A DNA stretch of 64,000 bases from a candidate division WOR-3 bacterium (GCA_965648905.1 CBFGIT010000002.1:97450-161449); one strand, 5' to 3'; positions 27,197 to 37,202 are shown, counted from the stretch's first letter. The notes: generated by a model not told the origin, from the letters alone. Made by a program: numbers and translations.

Positions 27197-27898
27197 CTGG
27201 TCTGCATGTTCCAGCGCTGCCAACGTTGCCGGGTAGCTGTACCCGTCTTCAATGGCGCACTGTTTGATGGCGTTCATTATCCGGCTGATCTGCACACCCT
27301 GGGGGCAGCGCGAGATGCAACGAAAATGGGTGGCGCAGATGTCTTTGAACTCATCGGCCAGTGCCTCGTCGCGCAGGCCGAGGTTGACCTTGCGGATGAA
27401 CCGGCGCGGGTCCTTTTCCGGGTCAAAGAGCGTCTCCGGGCAGACTGCACTGCACGAGCCGCAGACAAAGCAGGCAGTGACGTTCTCGGCCATCCGGCGC
27501 ACCTGCTTCTTGAACGTGCGGTCCAGGTCGGACTGAAGGACTCGGGACTTTGTGCTCAGGAGTCTGGACTTGCGTGCTTCTTCGGCCAGGCGCGAGACTG
27601 CGTCTGCGACCTCGCCGATGTTCACGCCCTGCGGACACCGATGCAGGCAGGTCGTGTGATACGAGCACATCCAGACAAACTCGGAGCGATACACTTCATC
27701 CTTCATGCCCATGATCGCCATGCGGATGATACGCCTCGGGTTGTACTTCTCTTCAAGCCGGCGCACCGGACAGGAAGCCGAGCACGAGCCGCAGGACAGG
27801 CAGTGCATGAACCCGGTGTCGCCGTACTTTTCGGCCAGCCGGTGCTTGAACTCGCTGTCGAGGTCGTTGACGAGCAGCTCGCGTGCTTCGGCCAACAC
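27173..27898 (-). CDS. Tandem two-domain HdrC-like 4Fe-4S protein
   Basis: Two repeats, each with CxxCGSCSAxCP...PRRxIR...CxxHxxCxxRCPQGV. Confidence 0.8.
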   Translation of the reverse strand: MLAEARELLVNDLDSEFKHRLAEKYGDTGFMHCLSCGSCSASCPVRRLEEKYNPRRIIRMAIMGMKDEVYRSEFVWMCSYHTTCLHRCPQGVNIGEVADAVSRLAEEARKSRLLSTKSRVLQSDLDRTFKKQVRRMAENVTACFVCGSCSAVCPETLFDPEKDPRRFIRKVNLGLRDEALADEFKDICATHFRCISRCPQGVQISRIMNAIKQCAIEDGYSYPATLAALEHADQTKSDGRS

Positions 27899-29016
27899 TA
27901 CTCTTCTCCTACCCTGGTGAACTCCTGCTCACGGAACATCGTCAAGGGCAGCGGTTCCTCAAGCGAGCGGCCGGACAGGTAGTCGAACTCTTTCTGCGCG
28001 TTCTGCGACACCTTCTTGAACAGGGTGGCAAGCCCGACCGTCACCGGGCAGGAGTCTTCGCAGATGCCGCACTGCACGCATGAGGTCATCATGTGATTCA
28101 TGCGGGTAATGTGAAACAGCAGTGTCTCGGACGGCATCCGGGTCATGCCTTTGCGCATCGATACCCGGACGTGTTCGCCCAAGTCACGCTGGAACGTGTC
28201 GGAGTCGAAGAAACACTCGCGGCAGTAGCAGACCGGGCAGACCCTCATGCAGTTGTGGCAGTTGAGGCAGTCGGCAAAGTACCTAACCAGCTTTTCCGGG
28301 CCCATCATTTCTTTGTCCAGTTGCCCAAGCCGCGCTTCAGTCTGCGCCTTACGCTTCGTGCTGAGGGTCTCAAGCGCCTTCTTTCGTGCCTCTGGCTCTT
28401 CGCTTGGCTCCAGCTCTACGCCCTCAAGCAGGGCCTTGCCTTTGTTTGTCGCTGCTTCAAGCCAGAGCTCTTTGTCCGGGTTCAAGCCGATATAGCCAAT
28501 GGCAAGGTCGAAGACCAAGGGCCTGGGAAACTCGCACATCTGGCAGGCAGTTCGGAAGTTGACGTTCTCGGCCCAGCCGGCTTGGTCGCGGACGTGCTTG
28601 TTGTCGAACTCCTCGTCGCCGGCCCGGAGGTTGCGGAATCCGGCCGCTTTGTACGTACCCGGACAGTCGATGCCGATGAGCACGATACTGTCCGGCAGTA
28701 CCTGCTTCAGCTTCTCAAGCTCCACGACCGCCCGCAGCTCGCACGGCCGCAGCAGCAAGCCGACCTGGGCGTTCGGTGCTGGTTCGCGCGCTATCTCGGC
28801 AACAATCGAGGCAGCGTTGACCGCCATTGCCGGCAGCAGGGGCGCAGCGTCGTCCATTCGGGCGGGGTCAGACGCCAAAGCCATGGTCGCCGTACCAGAC
28901 TTCGAATAGGCCGGCATCAGGATACCGGACAAACGGTTCTCCCTCAGCCACTGCCGGCACAACTCACGCAGTGTCGCAGATGGGTTCTTGTCCTTGACCT
29001 TAAGCATGCCCTTCAT
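27898..29016 (-). CDS. FdhB/FrhB-like 4Fe-4S protein
   Basis: 'RPCELRA', 'IGIDCPG', 'RTACQMC', 'CLNCHNCMRVCPVCYCREC', 'CVQCGICEDSCP'. Confidence 0.8.
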   Translation of the reverse strand: MKGMLKVKDKNPSATLRELCRQWLRENRLSGILMPAYSKSGTATMALASDPARMDDAAPLLPAMAVNAASIVAEIAREPAPNAQVGLLLRPCELRAVVELEKLKQVLPDSIVLIGIDCPGTYKAAGFRNLRAGDEEFDNKHVRDQAGWAENVNFRTACQMCEFPRPLVFDLAIGYIGLNPDKELWLEAATNKGKALLEGVELEPSEEPEARKKALETLSTKRKAQTEARLGQLDKEMMGPEKLVRYFADCLNCHNCMRVCPVCYCRECFFDSDTFQRDLGEHVRVSMRKGMTRMPSETLLFHITRMNHMMTSCVQCGICEDSCPVTVGLATLFKKVSQNAQKEFDYLSGRSLEEPLPLTMFREQEFTRVGEE

Positions 29017-29023
29017 CGCGTCC

Positions 29024-29446
29024 TCACACTTCCCACTTCTGCTTGAACGGACTCGGGCCCTTTTTCTTCAGGTGCTCGGTCATCGCGGTGATGGTGTCGG
29101 CGAACTTGCGACCCTCGGCCGCGGAAATCCAGCGCAGCCAAACCCGATCCTCATCCAGGCCAAGCGAGCGCATAATCGAGTTGAACAAGACAGCCCGGCG
29201 CCGCGCCTTATAGTTGCCTGATACATAGTGGCAGTCGCCAGGGTGACAGCCGCCGATGAACACGCCGTCTGCGCCCTCAAGCAGGGCACGCAGGATATAG
29301 ACCGGGTCGACCGCACCCGAGCACATCACCCGTATCGGCCGCATATTCGGCGGGTACTGCATGCGCGAGGTGCCGGCCAGGTCCGCGCCGGCATAGGTAC
29401 ACCAGTTACAGAGGAAACCGACAATCCTAGGTTCGAACTTCTCCAT
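29024..29446 (-). CDS. mvhD: MvhD-type [2Fe-2S] subunit
   Basis: 'FLCNWCTYAGADLAG', 'RVMCSG', 'GCHPGDCHY', 'WISAAEG'. Confidence 0.92.
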   Translation of the reverse strand: MEKFEPRIVGFLCNWCTYAGADLAGTSRMQYPPNMRPIRVMCSGAVDPVYILRALLEGADGVFIGGCHPGDCHYVSGNYKARRRAVLFNSIMRSLGLDEDRVWLRWISAAEGRKFADTITAMTEHLKKKGPSPFKQKWEV

Positions 29447-29475
29447 CTCATGCACCTCCGTTGCGGAATCGTCTC

Positions 29476-32400
29476 TCATAGCGCCGAGTCGACCATCGAC
29501 AGAACGTTCTTTGCCTCAAAGCTCTTGAGCTTAATTGCCTCAGACGGACAGGCGGCAGCACACGCGCCGCATCCCTGGCACAGCACCGCGGTAACCTCGG
29601 ACCTGCCGGTTTCCGGGTTGAGCCGCGCTGCCTCGTACTGGCAGACTTCTTCGCACACGCCGCAGCCTACGCACCAGCGCTGGTTCACCTCAGCTACCAC
29701 CGCCTCAGTCGAGAGCTCTTTGTGCGCGATGAGCGAGCAGGCGCGGGCTGCAGCCGCATAGGCTTGGGCAACAGTTTCCGGGATCCGGCGCGGGCTGTGC
29801 GCCATGCCGGCCATGAATACCCCACGCGTGGTGAAGTCTACCGGCCGCAGCTTCATGTGCGCTTCGAGGAAGAAGCCGTCCTCGTTCAACGGCACCTTGA
29901 GCAGTTGGCCCAGGGTGAAGTTGCTCTTCGGCGGCACGACCCCGGCAGACAGGACCAGAAGGTCGGCATTGATGCCCAGGCGACGCTGCAGCACCGGGTC
30001 ATAGACCGACACGTGCAGTTGACCGTCAACCGACTGCACTTCGGGCTTGGTCTCGGGGTCAAATCGGACAAACATTACACCTGCCTCGCGTGCGTCGCGG
30101 TACAGCGCTTCTTTGAACCCATAGGTGCGCATGTCGCGATAGAGCACGTATACGTTCACCTTTGGGTTGACCTGCTTCAGCTTGAGCGCATTCTTCACCG
30201 CTTCAGTGCAGCAGATACGCGAGCACCAAGGACGTTCACTCTCGCGCGAGCCCACGCACTGTACCATCACAACGTGCTTCAAGTCCCTGGCTCTGTCCGG
30301 CTGTTCGACCAGCAGCTTCTCCAGTTCGGTCTGCGTCTTTACCCGCTCGTCCTTGCCGTAGAGGAACTCGGTCGGCTGATACTCCTCAGCACCGGTTGCC
30401 ACCACAAACACGCCGTGCTCGAGCACGGTGTCCGACCGGTCGGACCGGTCTGACCTGTCAGACTGCCGGACCGTGGTCCTGTAGTTCCCGACATAGCCGG
30501 TCACGTCGACCAGCTCGGCCTTGGTGAAAACCTTCACCATAGGATGACGCCGCACCTGTTCTTCCAGTCGCGCAGCATATCCAAGGATGTCGTCGCCGTG
30601 CTCGGTGTAGTGCAGGCGCAGCAGGTTGCCGCCGAGCCGGTCCTGGCGCTCGACAAGAAACGTCTCAAAGCCCTGGTCAGCAATGGCTAAGGCTGCGGTC
30701 ATGCCGGCCAGCCCGCCGCCGATGACGAGCGCCTTCTGGGTAATCACCTGGGGATACGACTGGAGCGGCCGCAGCAGCCGCGAGTTAGCCACGGCCATGC
30801 GTACAAGCTCCTTCGCCTTCTCAGTTGCTTTTTCGGCATCATGCATGTGTACCCATGAGCACTGGTCCCGGATATTGGCCATGGTGAAGAGATATGGGTT
30901 CAGGCCTGCCTCAGCCAGGGTTTCCTGGAACAGCGGCTCATGGGTGCGCGGTGTGCATGAGGCAACTACAACCCGGTTGAGCCGGTGTTCGTCAATCGCC
31001 TTGCGAATCTTCTGCTGGGTGTCCTGGGAGCAGGTGAACAGGTTCTCGTCGGCATAGACCACGTTCGGCAGAGTACGCGCGTAGTCGACCACGCTCGGCA
31101 CCCTGACCACGCCGCCGATGTTGATGCCGCAGTTGCAGATGAACACGCCGATGCGCGGCTCTTCGCCCGATACATCGCGGAACGGCGGATACTCCTTTTT
31201 CCGCACCAGGGTATTGCGGGCCGGCGCGAGGAGCGATGAGACTGCGGCTGCGGCGCCGGTTGCTTCAGTCACGGTTTCCGGAATGTCCTTGGGTTCGGTC
31301 AGAGCGCCGCAGGCATAGACCCCAGGCCGACTGGTCAGCATCGGCTCGAACCTGTCGGTTCGGACAAACCCCTGCTCATCGGTTGCAACCCCGATGCGCT
31401 TTGCCATCTCGACCACGCGCGGGTTGGCCACAAGCGCGGTCGAGACCACGACCATGTCGTAGTCTTCTTCTTTCAATACGCCGGTCTCGTCTTCGTAAGA
31501 GATGCGCAGGTCTTCGCTGCCTTCGACCCGGGCGAGTGCACTCACCTTGCACCGTCGGAACTCGATGCCGTACTCGGTCCTGGCCCGCTCGTAGTACTTC
31601 TCAAAATCCTTGCCGAAGCAGCGCATGTCCATGTAGTAGACATGGCAGTCAAGGTTGCCGCCGCAGTGCTCGCGGGCAATAACCGCTTCTTTGGTCGCGT
31701 ACATGCAGCAGACCGAAGAGCAGAAGTAGTGCTCGGTGTTGCGCGAGCCGACGCACTGTATCCAGGCTACCTTCCTCGGCTGCTTGCCGTCGCTGGGCCG
31801 TTTCACATGGCCTTCGTACGGGCCTGAGGCAGAAAGGATCCGCTCGAACTCAAGGCTCGTAACAACATTCGGGTACCGGCCGTAGCCATAGCCGAACTCG
31901 CCCGTGGGCTTGTACTCCTTGAACCCGGCAGACAGCACCACTGCGCCAACCTCAAGCTCCTCCTCAGTCGCGGTCATCGAATGGTCGATCGCCTTGGCCT
32001 CACAAGCAGCCACGCACTGCATGCATTCCGAGCATATCCCGCAGTTGAGACAGCGCTGCGCCTCAGCGACCGCGGCCTCCTCATCGAACCCAAGCCAGAC
32101 TTCCCGGAAGTTAGCCTCGCGTTCCTTGGGCGCAAGCGCCGATTCCCTGGCCCGCTCTCGGCGCTCGACCTTGGCGCGGACTGCAGCCGACTCCTCGGCC
32201 CTGGCCGGGGTGTACTTGGGCTGCTCACGGCCTGAAGCCAGGTCCTCGCCTCTAATGAACCGGTCAATGGAAATCGCTGCTTCGTGTCCGGCGGCAACTG
32301 CCTCGATAACTGAGGCTGGGCCGGCAACCGCATCACCGCCGGCAAACACCCCGGGCATGTTCGTCGCCAGAGTCAGCCTGTCTGCCTTGAAAGTACCGCC

Positions 32401-33942
32401 TGGCCCGCGCTCAAAGCCGGCAAAGCCGTCAGCATCAACCATCTGGCCGATGGCAAGGATGACCGTGTCTGCCGGCACGAAACCCTCGGTGCAGCCGAAC
32501 TGCGGGTTGAATCTGTGCTCGTCGTCGAAGACGCGCGTGCACTCGATTGTCCGGAGACCAGTCACCTTTCCGTTCTCGCCGACAATCGCCTGCGGGCCCC
32601 ACGAGGGGTTGAGCTTCACGCCCTCAGCCAGGGCGTCCTCGATCTCCCACTCATGGGCCGGCATCTCTTCGCGGCATTCGAGGCAGACCATGGTCACGTC
32701 TTCTGCGCCGGTTCGTCGGGCGCAGAGTGCCACGTCAACCGCAACGTTACCGCCGCCAATGACCACAACCCGCTTGCCGATGGCCGGTGGCCTGCCCTCG
32801 TTCACCGCGTGCAGGAACTCGATACCGTGCAGCACGCCTGCAAGGTCCATGCCCTCAATCTTCAAGGTGCGGCTCTTGTGGCAGCCGAGCGCCATGAAGA
32901 CCGCTGCGTACCCCTGGCCGAGCAATCCCTGTATCTCGTCGGTCGACCTGACCGGGCTGTTGAGCTTCAGCTCGATGCCGGTATCGACAATGTCCTTGAT
33001 TTCGCGGTCCAGAGTCGCGCGCGGCAGCCGGTAAGCCGGAATTCCCCAGCGCATCATCCCGCCGGCGTGCGATGACGCCTCAAACACGGTGACCTTGTAG
33101 CCTTTGGCCCGCAGGTCGAGGGCGCAGGTAAGGCCTGCCGGCCCGGCACCAATAATCGCAACCTTTTCTGCGCGCTCGGCCGCCGGCTGCTTGATGACTT
33201 CGTACCTGATATCGTTGTTGTATACGTAGTCAGCAATGAACCGCTTGAGCGTGCGAATCGAAACCGGCGACTCGTAGTCCTTGCGGTTGCACTCCTGCTC
33301 ACACGGGTGGTGGCAGACCCGGCCGCAGATGCCGACAAACGGCAACCGCTCGCGCACCAGTTCATAAGCTTCCTTGAACTTCCGCTGCGAGATGAGCGCG
33401 ACATACCCCTGCGCATTCACGCCAGCCGGACAGGCGATGCGGCACGGCGCGCGCGACTCGTTCTTCTCAATGGCGACCGCATTCGGTATCGCCTGCGGGT
33501 AGAGCTTGTACGTGGCGCGGCGCATGGCCAGGTTCTGGTTGTAGGCGTCCGGGACCTGGACCGGACAGACCTTGGTGCAGTCCATGCAGCCGGTGCACTT
33601 GTCGAGCAGGACAAACCGCGGCTTGCGCCTGATTCTTGCCTTGAACCGGCCCGGTTCGCCTTCCAGGCCCAGAAGCTCGCAGTAGTTGAGCAGCTCGATG
33701 TTCTGGTGTCGGCCCGTGCCTACGAGCTTGGGTGACAGGATGCACATCGAGCAGTCATTGGTCGGGAAGGTCTTGTCAAGCATCGCCATCACGCCGCCGA
33801 TCGCCGGGCTCTCGTCAAGCAGGTAGACCTTGAACCCGGCGTCAGCCAGCTCCAGGGACGATTGAATGCCGCCGATGCCGGAGCCGACGACAAGCACGGC
33901 GCCTATTGGCTTGCCGTCTGAGTTCTTCGTCTCGTCCGCCAT
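29476..33942 (-). CDS. HdrL-type large HdrA with inserted GltD-like NAD(P)H/FAD module (1488 aa)
   Basis: HdrA N-terminus; insert with 'APCRIACP', 'CGRVCHHPCE', 'IIGAGPAG', 'VIGGGNVA'; then two HdrA FAD modules and a C-terminal ferredoxin. Confidence 0.88.
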   Translation of the reverse strand: MADETKNSDGKPIGAVLVVGSGIGGIQSSLELADAGFKVYLLDESPAIGGVMAMLDKTFPTNDCSMCILSPKLVGTGRHQNIELLNYCELLGLEGEPGRFKARIRRKPRFVLLDKCTGCMDCTKVCPVQVPDAYNQNLAMRRATYKLYPQAIPNAVAIEKNESRAPCRIACPAGVNAQGYVALISQRKFKEAYELVRERLPFVGICGRVCHHPCEQECNRKDYESPVSIRTLKRFIADYVYNNDIRYEVIKQPAAERAEKVAIIGAGPAGLTCALDLRAKGYKVTVFEASSHAGGMMRWGIPAYRLPRATLDREIKDIVDTGIELKLNSPVRSTDEIQGLLGQGYAAVFMALGCHKSRTLKIEGMDLAGVLHGIEFLHAVNEGRPPAIGKRVVVIGGGNVAVDVALCARRTGAEDVTMVCLECREEMPAHEWEIEDALAEGVKLNPSWGPQAIVGENGKVTGLRTIECTRVFDDEHRFNPQFGCTEGFVPADTVILAIGQMVDADGFAGFERGPGGTFKADRLTLATNMPGVFAGGDAVAGPASVIEAVAAGHEAAISIDRFIRGEDLASGREQPKYTPARAEESAAVRAKVERRERARESALAPKEREANFREVWLGFDEEAAVAEAQRCLNCGICSECMQCVAACEAKAIDHSMTATEEELEVGAVVLSAGFKEYKPTGEFGYGYGRYPNVVTSLEFERILSASGPYEGHVKRPSDGKQPRKVAWIQCVGSRNTEHYFCSSVCCMYATKEAVIAREHCGGNLDCHVYYMDMRCFGKDFEKYYERARTEYGIEFRRCKVSALARVEGSEDLRISYEDETGVLKEEDYDMVVVSTALVANPRVVEMAKRIGVATDEQGFVRTDRFEPMLTSRPGVYACGALTEPKDIPETVTEATGAAAAVSSLLAPARNTLVRKKEYPPFRDVSGEEPRIGVFICNCGINIGGVVRVPSVVDYARTLPNVVYADENLFTCSQDTQQKIRKAIDEHRLNRVVVASCTPRTHEPLFQETLAEAGLNPYLFTMANIRDQCSWVHMHDAEKATEKAKELVRMAVANSRLLRPLQSYPQVITQKALVIGGGLAGMTAALAIADQGFETFLVERQDRLGGNLLRLHYTEHGDDILGYAARLEEQVRRHPMVKVFTKAELVDVTGYVGNYRTTVRQSDRSDRSDRSDTVLEHGVFVVATGAEEYQPTEFLYGKDERVKTQTELEKLLVEQPDRARDLKHVVMVQCVGSRESERPWCSRICCTEAVKNALKLKQVNPKVNVYVLYRDMRTYGFKEALYRDAREAGVMFVRFDPETKPEVQSVDGQLHVSVYDPVLQRRLGINADLLVLSAGVVPPKSNFTLGQLLKVPLNEDGFFLEAHMKLRPVDFTTRGVFMAGMAHSPRRIPETVAQAYAAAARACSLIAHKELSTEAVVAEVNQRWCVGCGVCEEVCQYEAARLNPETGRSEVTAVLCQGCGACAAACPSEAIKLKSFEAKNVLSMVDSAL
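30430..30465 (-). repeat. Four in-frame 9-mers with GTCNGAC core inside hdrL
   Basis: + strand gtccgaccg gtcggaccg gtctgacct gtcagactg; encodes QSDRSDRSDRSD. Confidence 0.8.
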
Positions 33943-35916
33943 CTAGAACTGGTCCGCCATCTCGAAAATGGCCTTCTTGGTGAAGTTCTTGTGGTTCATC
34001 GCACCTGAGGGGCAGCTCATCGCACACGCGCCGCACCCCTCGCACAACGCCGCATTCACCACCGCGATGCCGCGCTTCTCATCGACCTTGACCGCCTCGT
34101 AGGCGCAGGTCCGCTCGCAGTTGCCGCAGCCGACACAGATCTCTTCATCTACGACCGCGACAGTCGGCGCGTGAGTCAGCCTGGTCGAGCCGAACATTGC
34201 CAGAACCTTGGCCGCAGCCGCTGAGGCCTGAGCCACGGTCTCAGGTATGTCCTTTGGCCCCTGGCCGCACCCGGCCAGGAAAAACCCGGCGGTCAGGGTC
34301 TCGACCGGTCTGAGCTTCGGGTGCGCCTCGGTCAGAAAACCATGCGCGTCGAGCTGAGCCTTGAGCTTGCGGGCAAGCGCGACTCCTGCCGGGTTTGCAA
34401 CAACTGCGGTCGCAAGCACAACCAGGTCGGCCTCAAGCTCGACCTTGCGGCCGGCCAGGGTGTCTGACGCCCAGACAATAACCTTGTCGCCCTGCCGGAA
34501 AATCTTTGACACCTTGCCGCGCAGATACTGAATCCCTTCGTCGGTCGCCCGCTTGTAGAACTCCTCAAACCCTTTGCCTGGTGTGCGCACGTCGATGTAA
34601 CATACCGTTGCCTCGCCGTCATGCACCCGGTGCTTGTAGAGTATCGCCTGCTTCGCCGTGTACATGCAGCAGATCTTCGAGCAATAGGGCATACCTTCGG
34701 TCGAGTCGCGCGAGCCGGCGCACTGGACAAACACGACTTTCTTCGGAGTCTTGCCGTCGCTCGGCCGCTTCACCTCGCCTGAGGTCGGGCCTGAGGCAGA
34801 AAGCAGCCGCTCAAACGCCAGCCCGTCAATCACGTCCGGTACCGTGCCGACGCCGTAAGACCCAAGTTTTGCCGCATCGTACAGCTCGTATCCGGTTGCC
34901 AGCACAATCGCGCCGACTTCCTCTTCCACGAACTTGTCTTTGTCATCGTAGCGGATGGCCTGGGTCGGGCAGACCTTGGCGCAGATTCCGCACTTGCCCT
35001 TGAGCAGATACATGCACGCCCGCGCGTCGATTACCGGCCGGTTCGGCACGGCCTGGGGCAGGAGCCGGTAAATCGCCTTGCGCCTGGCCAGACCGCGCTC
35101 AAAGCTCGACTCAGCCCGGCCCGGGCACTTCTCCATGCACAGGCCGCAGCCGGTACAGGCGTCAAAGTCCACGTACCGCGCCTTCTGCCGAATCCTCACC
35201 TTGAAGTTGCCGACATAACCGGAGACGCTTTCAACCTCAGAGTAGGTCAGAAGCCTTATCTTCGGGTGTCGGCCGGTCTCGACCGTGCGCGGGGTCAGGA
35301 TGCACTGGGAGCAGTCGAGGGTCGGGAAGGTCTCGGACAGTTGAGCCATATGCCCGCCAATCGACGGCTCTTTCTCCACCAGCACCACCTCGTAACCCGC
35401 ATTGGCGATGTCGAGCGCGGCCTGGATTCCGGCAATACCGGCGCCGACCACAAGTGCCCGCTTGTTGATGGGCACGGTGATTGCCTCAAGCGGCTGGTCT
35501 GCACGGGCCTTGGCCAATACGGTGCGGATAATCTCGGTTGCCTTGGCCGTTGCCTTATCCTTGTCCTCGGTCACCCACGAACACTGCTCGCGGATATTGG
35601 CGATCTCGCACAGGTACGGATTCAGCCCAGCCTCAGCACAGGCGTTCCGGAAAGTCGTCTCGTGCAGGGTCGGCGAGCAGCAGGCAACAACCACCCGGTC
35701 GAGCCTGTCCTCCTTGATGGCGTCGCGAATCATCTGCTGACCCGGGTCTGAGCAGCAGTACTTGTAGTCCTTGACAACCGCGATGCCGTCCCACTTCGCG
35801 ACCCGCTCCATCACCTCGGGAATCTTCACGACGCCAGCGATGTTGATGCCGCAGTGGCAGACGAAGACGCCGATGCGGGGCTGGCGGCCGGCTGTGGGCG
35901 CTTGGGTCTCAGCCAT
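33943..35916 (-). CDS. hdrA: Heterodisulfide reductase subunit A (canonical size)
   Basis: 'IGVFVCHCG', 'VAACCSP'-like 'VVACCSP', 'NIREQCSW', 'VVGAGIAG', 'ETFPTLDC', 'CSKICCMY'. Confidence 0.93.
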   Translation of the reverse strand: MAETQAPTAGRQPRIGVFVCHCGINIAGVVKIPEVMERVAKWDGIAVVKDYKYCCSDPGQQMIRDAIKEDRLDRVVVACCSPTLHETTFRNACAEAGLNPYLCEIANIREQCSWVTEDKDKATAKATEIIRTVLAKARADQPLEAITVPINKRALVVGAGIAGIQAALDIANAGYEVVLVEKEPSIGGHMAQLSETFPTLDCSQCILTPRTVETGRHPKIRLLTYSEVESVSGYVGNFKVRIRQKARYVDFDACTGCGLCMEKCPGRAESSFERGLARRKAIYRLLPQAVPNRPVIDARACMYLLKGKCGICAKVCPTQAIRYDDKDKFVEEEVGAIVLATGYELYDAAKLGSYGVGTVPDVIDGLAFERLLSASGPTSGEVKRPSDGKTPKKVVFVQCAGSRDSTEGMPYCSKICCMYTAKQAILYKHRVHDGEATVCYIDVRTPGKGFEEFYKRATDEGIQYLRGKVSKIFRQGDKVIVWASDTLAGRKVELEADLVVLATAVVANPAGVALARKLKAQLDAHGFLTEAHPKLRPVETLTAGFFLAGCGQGPKDIPETVAQASAAAAKVLAMFGSTRLTHAPTVAVVDEEICVGCGNCERTCAYEAVKVDEKRGIAVVNAALCEGCGACAMSCPSGAMNHKNFTKKAIFEMADQF

Positions 35917-36773
35917 CAGATAAGGCCTTTCTTCTCTAGAAACGGCCTGGGGTCAAAGGCGTTGTACTCAAGGCCCAGTTCCTCAACCGGCAGCCCGACC
36001 GCAAGCCCGAGCAACTGGGTGAAGTAGAACACCGGCATCGCACCGTCGCTGACCGGCCGCAGCTTGTCAACGTTGTATTGGCACAAAGGACAGGTCGTCA
36101 CAATCGCCTCAGCGCCCCGCGCCTGAGCATTGTCGAGAATCCGCTTTGATGCGTTCCGCGCCACGTCGCGCCGGTTCACGACCAGATACCCGCCGCAGCA
36201 CTCAGCCTTGAAGTCGAACTGGGTCGGACGAGCACCAAGGCAGGCCATAAGGTCGTCCATCACCTTTGGATTCTCCGGGTCGTCGAACTGCAACACCTCC
36301 CTGGGCCGGACCATCAGACATCCGTAGTATGAAGCGACCTTGAGCCCGGCAAGCGGCTTTGTTACTTTCTCTTTCACCTTGTCGAACCCCAGGTCGTTCT
36401 TCAGCACCTCAAGGTAGTGCATTACCTGAACCCGGTGCTCAAACTTCTCATCAACAAAGGCAATCAGCCGGTCACGCTCGACTTCGTTGCCTTGGGCATA
36501 GAGCCGGTCGTCGACCCGCTTCAGGACATTGTGGCAGGCAGCGCACAGAGTCACAAGTTTGTCGCCAAGCTGGCTTGCTTTGGCCAGATTGCGCACCGGC
36601 CCGACCTGAGCTGCCAGATCGTCGGTCGTGGTGTTGTAGATTGCTCCGCAGCAGTTCCACGACGGCATCTCGACCAGCTCGAACCCAACTCGGCTAGCAG
36701 CCTTGCGCGCACTGGCATCAAGGCTCTTCGCCTTGGTGTAGAGGGTGCAGCCCGGATAGTAGACGTACTTCAT
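35916..36773 (-). CDS. hdrB: Heterodisulfide reductase subunit B
   Basis: Two CCG domains: YYPGC...WNCCG...CAAC and YYGC...ECCG...CPLC. Confidence 0.92.
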   Translation of the reverse strand: MKYVYYPGCTLYTKAKSLDASARKAASRVGFELVEMPSWNCCGAIYNTTTDDLAAQVGPVRNLAKASQLGDKLVTLCAACHNVLKRVDDRLYAQGNEVERDRLIAFVDEKFEHRVQVMHYLEVLKNDLGFDKVKEKVTKPLAGLKVASYYGCLMVRPREVLQFDDPENPKVMDDLMACLGARPTQFDFKAECCGGYLVVNRRDVARNASKRILDNAQARGAEAIVTTCPLCQYNVDKLRPVSDGAMPVFYFTQLLGLAVGLPVEELGLEYNAFDPRPFLEKKGLI

Positions 36774-37162
36774 ACCGAGAACTTGCGGAAGCTGGCAATG
36801 AACGCCTGCTGGGGAATCTCCTCCAAATCAGGGCCGGTCACAGTGTCCGGGTCGACCTTGCTCTGCCGCGTGCGCAGGATGATGGCGCGACAGGCTTCGG
36901 CAATCCGGGCGTAGTCGACTGCCCGCGGACATCGGGTCCCACAGACCAGACACGAGGCGCACATCCAGATGCCCTCTGATGCCAGGAGCTCATCAGCTCT
37001 GCCTAATTGCAGCAGACGGATGGCCTTGCTTGGTGGCGGGTCCATGTCCTCGCCGATTGGGCAGCCCGAGGTGCAGCACCCGCACTGGTAGCAGTCGGTG
37101 ACGACCTGACCGCTCAACTCCTCAATCTGGCGCACGAGCGCCTTGCCAGTGGGGATTTGCAT
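36770..37162 (-). CDS. hdrC: Heterodisulfide reductase subunit C
   Basis: 'CYQCGCCTSGCP' and 'WMCASCLVCGTRCP'. Confidence 0.9.
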   Translation of the reverse strand: MQIPTGKALVRQIEELSGQVVTDCYQCGCCTSGCPIGEDMDPPPSKAIRLLQLGRADELLASEGIWMCASCLVCGTRCPRAVDYARIAEACRAIILRTRQSKVDPDTVTGPDLEEIPQQAFIASFRKFSV

Positions 37163-37173
37163 GGTGGACGAAT

Positions 37174-37202
37174 ATCATAAACCTTATGCCGGCTAGTGTC
37201 AA
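37174..37202 (-). promoter_or_regulatory. sigma70-type promoter of the hdr operon
   Basis: TTGACA-N17-TATGAT, 11 nt before the hdrC ATG; no SD. Confidence 0.7.

Noticed and set aside
23635..37162. Selenocysteine read-through in hdrA, hdrL or mvhD
   Set aside because: All ORFs are uninterrupted, and the usual Sec positions carry Cys (DCSMCIL, CNWCTY).
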